Assembly: GCA_964534625.1 (NCBI GenBank)
Contig: CAZHRF010000019.1
Coordinates: 1-13,477, forward strand
DNA length: 13,477 nt
Reading direction: 5' to 3'
Source of the DNA: an uncultured archaeon
GTDB taxonomy: Archaea; Asgardarchaeota; Heimdallarchaeia; Heimdallarchaeales; Heimdallarchaeaceae
The notes under the pieces are model-generated. The model worked only from the letters and a program-made list of their open reading frames with translations, did no database searches and was not told where the DNA came from. The translations under genes and the position numbers were made by a program. This document shows positions 8,086 to 13,477 of this stretch, in pieces; the stretch's first letter is position 1, and each line of letters opens with the position of its first letter.

Positions 8086-8272
8086 ACAAATATACTGAAT
8101 TGATAAAGAGAACAATACGGAGGATAAATAAAGCAAACAAACCACAATTATAAAAATTAAACAGAAGTATTGCTTTTCTAAAATCAAAAAAAGATGAAAA
8201 ATAAGAAACGCTTTGTTTTAGCCATCTTTTTCAGCATTCATCTCCTTAATCTTTACTTTAATTTCATTTGAC

Positions 8273-9619
8273 TTAAACATCAATCAGATTGTTGTTAAGA
8301 AATTCTTCATATCCGGTTAAATCAAGCAATCCATGCCCACTATAACTAACAACAATATTGGCTTTTTCACCAGTTTTCTTTACCGCCCTAGCAATATCTA
8401 TAGCTGCTTTAATGGCATGGTTAGTTTCGGGGGCAGCAATTAATCCTTCAGTCTGAGCAAGAATCTTTCCAGCTTCATAAATCTCGGTCTGTGGATATGC
8501 ATACGGGGTAACCTCACCAGCATCTAAGAGATTACTGACCATGGGTGCAGTTGAATGATATCTTAGACCACCAGCATGTATAGGTGGTGGGGTATAATCG
8601 TGACCTACAGTATGCCCTTTAATCATTGGGCAAATTCTTAACGTGTCAGCAAAATCATATTTGTATAACCCCGTGGTTAAAGCAGGACAAGCAGTTGATT
8701 CAGCTGCAATAATTTTGGCTTCAGGAAAAGCTTTTCGAAGAGGAAAAACTAATCCAGAGAAGTTAGAACCACCGCCAACACAACCTATCAAATAATCTGG
8801 TTTTTGATCCATCGCTTTGAATTGTTGTTCTACTTCTAGACCAATAACAGATTGATTGATAAGAACCCCATTTAATACACTGCCTAATGAATACTTAGTA
8901 TTTTCTTCTTCCATAGCTCTTTCTACAGCTTCAGAAATGGCTATGCCGAGAGTACCGGGATGATCCGGATTTTCTTTCAGTATTTTCCTACCTGATTTAG
9001 TAGTTGGACTAGGTGAGGCGTGAATAGTAGCATCATAAAGATTCATAAGTGTTTTTCGGAAGGGTTTCTGATCATAACTGCAGCGAACCATGAAAACTTC
9101 ACAGTCAAGTTCAGCACCATGCGCAGTTCGAATTAGAGAAGCTGATAAACTCAATGCCGATCCCCATTGACCAGCACCTGTTTCGGTTGTAAGTTTTTTT
9201 GTGCCTTCTTGGAATGCATAATATGCTTGAGCTATCGCGGTATTGATCTTATGGCTACCGGTAGGAGAAACATCCTCACGTTTAAGGAAAATTTTAGCGG
9301 GTGTATTTAGATACATCTCCAAACGTTTTAGACGCATTAAAGGCGTTGGTCTTCCAAAACTATAATAGAACTCCCTAAGTGGCTCTGGAATGTCAATATA
9401 ACGTTCATTGGAAAACTCTAGTTCAACTAGTCTTTTAGGAAATAATGGTTCAAGCTCTTCAAAAGACAGAGGTTCTTTAGTTCCTGGATTAATGATTGGA
9501 GCTAAAGGTGTCGGTAAATCTGGTCTGAGGTTATAATATTGTCTTGGAACTTCAATATTATCATCAGTTTGCTTTGTTCTGTTTTTTTCTAATGTTTTTG
9601 ATACAGTTTCAATATTCAT
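8273..9619 (-). CDS. trpB2: Tryptophan synthase beta chain 2 (TrpB2, TrpB-like PLP enzyme)
   Basis: PLP-lysine motif 'SPTGSHKINTAIAQAYY', plus 'TETGAGQWG', 'CVGGGSN', 'IHAGGLRYH', 'APETNHA', 'SGHGLLDL' and the N-terminal 'P.QYYNL..DLP' typical of TrpB2. The ATG at 9619 is preferred over the TTG at 9628. Confidence 0.95.
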   Translation of the reverse strand: MNIETVSKTLEKNRTKQTDDNIEVPRQYYNLRPDLPTPLAPIINPGTKEPLSFEELEPLFPKRLVELEFSNERYIDIPEPLREFYYSFGRPTPLMRLKRLEMYLNTPAKIFLKREDVSPTGSHKINTAIAQAYYAFQEGTKKLTTETGAGQWGSALSLSASLIRTAHGAELDCEVFMVRCSYDQKPFRKTLMNLYDATIHASPSPTTKSGRKILKENPDHPGTLGIAISEAVERAMEEENTKYSLGSVLNGVLINQSVIGLEVEQQFKAMDQKPDYLIGCVGGGSNFSGLVFPLRKAFPEAKIIAAESTACPALTTGLYKYDFADTLRICPMIKGHTVGHDYTPPPIHAGGLRYHSTAPMVSNLLDAGEVTPYAYPQTEIYEAGKILAQTEGLIAAPETNHAIKAAIDIARAVKKTGEKANIVVSYSGHGLLDLTGYEEFLNNNLIDV

Positions 9620-9736
9620 GAGTATCAAGTATATGCAATTAATACACCTTAATATACAAAACGCAATATTTCAGTACAATATATATGGTATAATAACAAT
9701 TATATATATAATTGAACAGAAATGGGGTGAGTACTG
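9620..9736. promoter_or_regulatory. Divergent trpB2/trpY promoter-operator region
   Basis: Perfect 18-bp palindrome CAATTATATATATAATTG (9697-9714) and near-palindrome TACAATATATATGGTA (9675-9690). One-mismatch TRP-box (TGTACA)-like hexamers: TATACA 9653, AGTACA 9673, TGAACA 9713. SD-like GGGGTGA at 9724-9730. Confidence 0.6.
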
Positions 9737-10249
9737 ATGAGTTACGAACAAGTCCTTGATGCTTTTGAACGAACACCTTCAAGATTGAAAGTTGCTTCAA
9801 CACTCCTAGATTATGGTTTTAGAGTGGCAAAAGATGGTAAAATTTATGCTGGTGAAATAGAGATGACAAACACGAAAATAGCCCGAGCTATTGGAGTCGA
9901 CAGAAAAGTAGTAGATATGTGTTGTGAAGTAATCTTAAATAACAAAGAACTTTTGGATGTTTTTTCTCGCCTAAAACCTGTTGCAGATATTTCAGAAGTA
10001 GCCCGAAAAACTGGAAGGAAAAAACTAGGTGTAATAGAAGTACGAGCAAAATCCTCTGAGATCGGAATAGCTGCTTTAGCAACTAAAATAATAGCAGAAG
10101 CAGGGATCTGCATACGTTATATGCTTTGCAAGGATCCTCAATTCAGCGTTGAATCTACTATGACTATAGTTACCAATAAACCACTTTCTGGAGATATAGT
10201 GGATAGATTATTAGCTGAAAAAAATATTATTAGTGTAACGATATCTTAG
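9737..10249 (+). CDS. trpY: TrpY-like archaeal regulator of amino acid metabolism (N-terminal HTH, C-terminal ACT domain)
   Basis: Pattern 'F...PSR.KVA..L...GFRV..DGKIY....E.....IARA.GVDR..V', followed by ACT-like 'GVIEV.A....GI.A.....IA..GI.IR....DP'. This resembles Methanothermobacter TrpY as I recall it. The gene is divergent from trpB2. Confidence 0.82.
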   Translation: MSYEQVLDAFERTPSRLKVASTLLDYGFRVAKDGKIYAGEIEMTNTKIARAIGVDRKVVDMCCEVILNNKELLDVFSRLKPVADISEVARKTGRKKLGVIEVRAKSSEIGIAALATKIIAEAGICIRYMLCKDPQFSVESTMTIVTNKPLSGDIVDRLLAEKNIISVTIS

Positions 10250-10312
10250 GTGTATTTTACTATCATCTTAATGCGTATAATTCGATTACAGTCTTTTTTA
10301 CTTCAAACTAGT

Positions 10313-11134
10313 TTAAACTGCACCACCGGGAACTAATGATCTCAACAAGAACCCTATCAAATAAGCAGCAGTTGCAGCTAGACCACCAATCAATAACATT
10401 TCCAGACCTGCAATAAACCATTTTTTATCTACTAGGCGAGATTTTAGGGTGCCTAGAGAAAACAGAGTTATAGCAGTAAGTATGCAAGCAAGTATGAAAG
10501 ACAACCATTCGGAACTCTGAATGGCAGGAATTAACTGAGCCAATATATACGACAACAAAGGAATGAAACCAAACATAACAAAAGACAAGAAGGTAGCTAT
10601 TCCGTTCTTTAAGGGCGGTTCTGTTGATTCAAGAATTTCTAATTCTTCCGCAATCATAATATCAACAAAAGCATCATCATATTTGGCCATCGTTTTGACA
10701 ATGAGCTCAGCATCTTCTTTTTCAATACCTTTGAGTTCATAAAGTTCAACCATTTCTCGAATTTCACCTTCACGATAATGCTCGAGCTCCCATTCTTCAC
10801 GAGAACGTTCCTTGGCGTGATATTCTTGTTCAGCTTTAGCACTCAGATAATCACCTACACCCATTGATAAGCCATCAGCTATGAGGTTAGCAAAGCCTAA
10901 AATAAGAACAATAGCTGCAGCTAACTTAGCACCAGTAACACCAGCAACTACAGCAAAAGTCGTGATGATGCCATCTAAGCCGCCGTAAATAATTGATTTA
11001 ATATATTTTCCCTCGTCCTGTTGATGCCAAGTTTCATCTCTACTTTCTACAGAGTGAGCCTTCTTCATTAGTTCAACATCTTTTTCAGCATAAGCATCTT
11101 TAGCCTTTTCTAAATCTCTACTAATATCTGGCAT
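10313..11134 (-). CDS. VIT1/CCC1 family iron/manganese transporter
   Basis: Motifs 'IIYGGLDGIITTFAVVAG', 'ANLIADGLSMGVGDYLS', a Glu-rich cytoplasmic metal-binding segment 'ERSREEWELEHYREGEIREM', and 'FGFIPLLSY'. Confidence 0.95.
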   Translation of the reverse strand: MPDISRDLEKAKDAYAEKDVELMKKAHSVESRDETWHQQDEGKYIKSIIYGGLDGIITTFAVVAGVTGAKLAAAIVLILGFANLIADGLSMGVGDYLSAKAEQEYHAKERSREEWELEHYREGEIREMVELYELKGIEKEDAELIVKTMAKYDDAFVDIMIAEELEILESTEPPLKNGIATFLSFVMFGFIPLLSYILAQLIPAIQSSEWLSFILACILTAITLFSLGTLKSRLVDKKWFIAGLEMLLIGGLAATAAYLIGFLLRSLVPGGAV

Positions 11135-11160
11135 GATTAATCACAAAACGAACATTTGCT

Positions 11161-11178
11161 TAATATAAAAAGTTTAAG
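11161..11178 (-). promoter_or_regulatory. Putative TATA box of the VIT1 gene
   Basis: The minus strand reads TTTTTATATTA at 11171-11161, about 30 nt upstream of the ATG at 11134, which is typical archaeal spacing for a short leader. Confidence 0.4.
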
Positions 11179-11266
11179 AAATGAACGTTAACTGACTTCT
11201 TCCCTATATTAATTTTATCAATAAACTATTTAAAAAGCCAAAAATAGGAAGCATAGTGTAACTTTT

Positions 11267-13477
11267 ATGAGATTAACAAAAAAACAATTATTAATCACAA
11301 TAATTTTAACAACACTCATTTTTTTTTCACAGCATGTGGTTTTTACCAATAGACAACAGATAACAACATTTCATTCTGCTTCTGCCTCAGGTTTAATCTC
11401 TTTAGATCGGGTAATAACTATAACATCTGATGCTGATTTTGAACATGAAAACTATTCTTCCTTTATTATAGGGGATGGTTCTAAAGAAAGCCCATATATT
11501 ATAGAAAATTTAGAAATTATCAATGATACAGAGGATTACGGTATACTAATCCAAGACACAACCAAATATTTCATTATACAAAATTGCAAAATAACAGCTA
11601 ATTATTATTCTGTGTCTATAGAAAATGTTGCTCCACAAACTGCTATAGTACAATCGAACCTTTTCATTGATTCAGACTATGGAATGCGTTTTGAGTCTAC
11701 TCATGGACATATAGCATTTGAAAATAATATAACGAATTGTTATTATTATGGACTTGTCATAAAATTTTCAGAAGATTTAATTCTCAATAAAAACAACTTA
11801 CAAGCAAACGGCATTTACGTTCGACAAGGTAATAATATTAGTATTATTAACAATATTGTGACAGATTCAAACTATGGTATTTATTATATGAGTAGCTCTT
11901 ATAATAATAACATATCAAACAACATATTTTATTCAACAGATACTGGCATTAAAACAAGAAACCTATATGATTCAATTATTTCTAATAATCAAATTTTCAA
12001 CGCGGCATCAAGTGCGATTAATGTTTATAAAACCGAGAATCTAACTTTTACTAATAATGCGTTTTTTAACTGCAGTTTCACTATTAAAGGAGAACTATCT
12101 GATCTTTCTAGCCTATCCTTTAATAATAACACCGCCAACGATAAGAATATACTATTTTTAGCTAACCAAACCAACTTACAAATCGAAGAATCAAATGATT
12201 ATGGACAGATAATACTGTTAAATTCAACGAATGTCTTAATAGAGTCTATAGCATTGACAGAAGTAAATAACGCCATAACAATACATTCTTGTAATTATAC
12301 TACAGTTAATAACGTTACAATTACTGCAACAGAATCAGCCATAGATATAACTAACACAGATAATAGCATTATATCCAAATCGTTTTTTGAGTATAACGAA
12401 CACGCTATTAAAGCTGAAATTTCCAATAATATTACCATAAAAAATAACGTAGTTAAAGAAAGTCGTACAGCGGTTACAACTGACTATAATTCAGTAGTAA
12501 GCTCTAATTTCAAAATCATTAATAATACATTTGATAATTTGGAATATGGAATAGAAGGTGCTGATCTTAATGATTCAGAGATTTCTTTTAACAAAATAAA
12601 AAATGCCGATTATGGAATATATCTTGATGAAACATCTTATTCAGATATAAACAATAATGAAATAGAAAATAGTACTTATCAAGGAATTAAAATAGAGTAC
12701 AGCATATTCGTTACTATTTCTGAAAATTTTATTAATGATACGCAAAGTGATAGCATTGAACTCCTTGATAGTTCGTCTAACTATATTAAGAAAAATATAG
12801 TCGTTAATTCAAGGAATTATTATATGAACATTGCCAGTAATTCGGACAATAATATAATTTACCATAATATCTTTATTGGAACCAATGCAGAAACAATTAC
12901 CAGTAAAGCCACTAATGATGGAAACAATAATCTCTTCTATAATGAAACATTACAAGAGGGAAATTATTGGTCAGAATGGACATCAGGAGCATATGACATA
13001 GAAGGTAGTGCTAGTGCTCAAGACCTTTATCCTTTCAATGATACTGATGGCGATAATCTTAACGAAACACAAGAAGTACTTTTGTATAATACTGACCCTT
13101 GGAAAAACGATACGGACGATGATGGGCTCCTTGATGGCGAAGAAAGTCATTATTCCACCAATCCAAATAATCCTGATTGTGATGATGACGGATTGTTGGA
13201 TGGAGAAGAAATTGAACTTGGTCTTAATCCTTTAGATGAAGACACAGACGGAGATGGAATGGATGATTTTTGGGAAGTGGATAAAGGTACCGATCCTTTA
13301 TTTAATGATACACTTGAGGATCTTGATGAGGATGGTTTAACTAACCTCCAAGAATATAACCACGGAACAGACCCACAAAATTCAGATACGGACGATGACG
13401 GTATGCCAGACGGATGGGAAGTTGAACATAATCTTAACCCACTTATAGATGATAGTCAAGACGACGCTGATGAGGAT
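11267..13477 (+). CDS. 3'-truncated secreted/cell-surface protein: right-handed parallel beta-helix (NosD/PbH1-like) plus Ca-binding TSP3-like repeats
   Basis: Frame open from ATG 11267 to the window end (737 codons, no stop), so it is absent from the ORF track. Signal peptide-like MRLTKKQLLITIILTTLIFF, then 'GDGSKESPYIIENL', many 'GI.I....N..I.NN' repeats, 'GNYWS', and finally D-x-D-x-D-G repeats. Confidence 0.92.
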   Translation, partial: MRLTKKQLLITIILTTLIFFSQHVVFTNRQQITTFHSASASGLISLDRVITITSDADFEHENYSSFIIGDGSKESPYIIENLEIINDTEDYGILIQDTTKYFIIQNCKITANYYSVSIENVAPQTAIVQSNLFIDSDYGMRFESTHGHIAFENNITNCYYYGLVIKFSEDLILNKNNLQANGIYVRQGNNISIINNIVTDSNYGIYYMSSSYNNNISNNIFYSTDTGIKTRNLYDSIISNNQIFNAASSAINVYKTENLTFTNNAFFNCSFTIKGELSDLSSLSFNNNTANDKNILFLANQTNLQIEESNDYGQIILLNSTNVLIESIALTEVNNAITIHSCNYTTVNNVTITATESAIDITNTDNSIISKSFFEYNEHAIKAEISNNITIKNNVVKESRTAVTTDYNSVVSSNFKIINNTFDNLEYGIEGADLNDSEISFNKIKNADYGIYLDETSYSDINNNEIENSTYQGIKIEYSIFVTISENFINDTQSDSIELLDSSSNYIKKNIVVNSRNYYMNIASNSDNNIIYHNIFIGTNAETITSKATNDGNNNLFYNETLQEGNYWSEWTSGAYDIEGSASAQDLYPFNDTDGDNLNETQEVLLYNTDPWKNDTDDDGLLDGEESHYSTNPNNPDCDDDGLLDGEEIELGLNPLDEDTDGDGMDDFWEVDKGTDPLFNDTLEDLDEDGLTNLQEYNHGTDPQNSDTDDDGMPDGWEVEHNLNPLIDDSQDDADED
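13040..13477 (+). repeat. Protein-level Asp-rich calcium-binding repeats (TSP3_bac-like: D-T-D-x-D-G-x-x-D-x-x-E...T/N-D/N-P)
   Basis: Successive units DTDGDNL, DTDDDGLLDGEE, DCDDDGLLDGEE, DTDGDGMDDFWE, DLDEDGLTNLQE, DTDDDGMPDGWE, DADED. Confidence 0.88.

Noticed and set aside
7790-10842. ORFs 7790..7972, 9844..10113, 9888..10082 and 10654..10842
   Set aside because: They are shadow or alternative-frame ORFs within the amidohydrolase, trpY and VIT1 genes.
4321-11134. Iron-themed gene cluster (CGGC, Fe-ADH, VIT1)
   Set aside because: The genes are separated by unrelated loci, the ADH is a pseudogene, and I found no shared operator.
13008-13235. 75-aa plus-strand ORF
   Set aside because: It is an out-of-frame overlap within the long 11267..13477 CDS.

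Overview
AT-rich archaeal chromosomal window, most consistent with an Asgard (Heimdall/Loki-like) archaeon. This is inferred from a TrpY-family regulator, TrpB2, TATA-like promoters and a sequon-rich beta-helix/TSP3 surface protein. Left to right it holds: (1) a 5'-truncated acidic protein (1..1983) with a 30-bp tandem repeat, a candidate mu-homology (adaptin mu/delta-COP-like) region and Ig-like (DUF11-like) domains; (2) a class I GATase-like hypothetical protein; (3) a 47-aa single C2H2 zinc-finger gene missing from the ORF track; (4) a RimJ/RimL GNAT; (5) a CGGC-domain protein; (6) a decayed iron-dependent alcohol dehydrogenase pseudogene; (7) a TspO-like membrane protein; (8) an amidohydrolase; (9) a divergent trpB2/trpY pair with a palindromic intergenic region; (10) a VIT1/CCC1 transporter with a protist-like N-terminus; (11) a 3'-truncated secreted beta-helix plus Ca-binding repeat protein, also missing from the ORF track. 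I saw no rRNA, tRNA, CRISPR array or transposase. The best lead is the candidate coat-adaptor-like (MHD + Ig-like) protein. All family assignments come from motif recognition by eye, not database searches.
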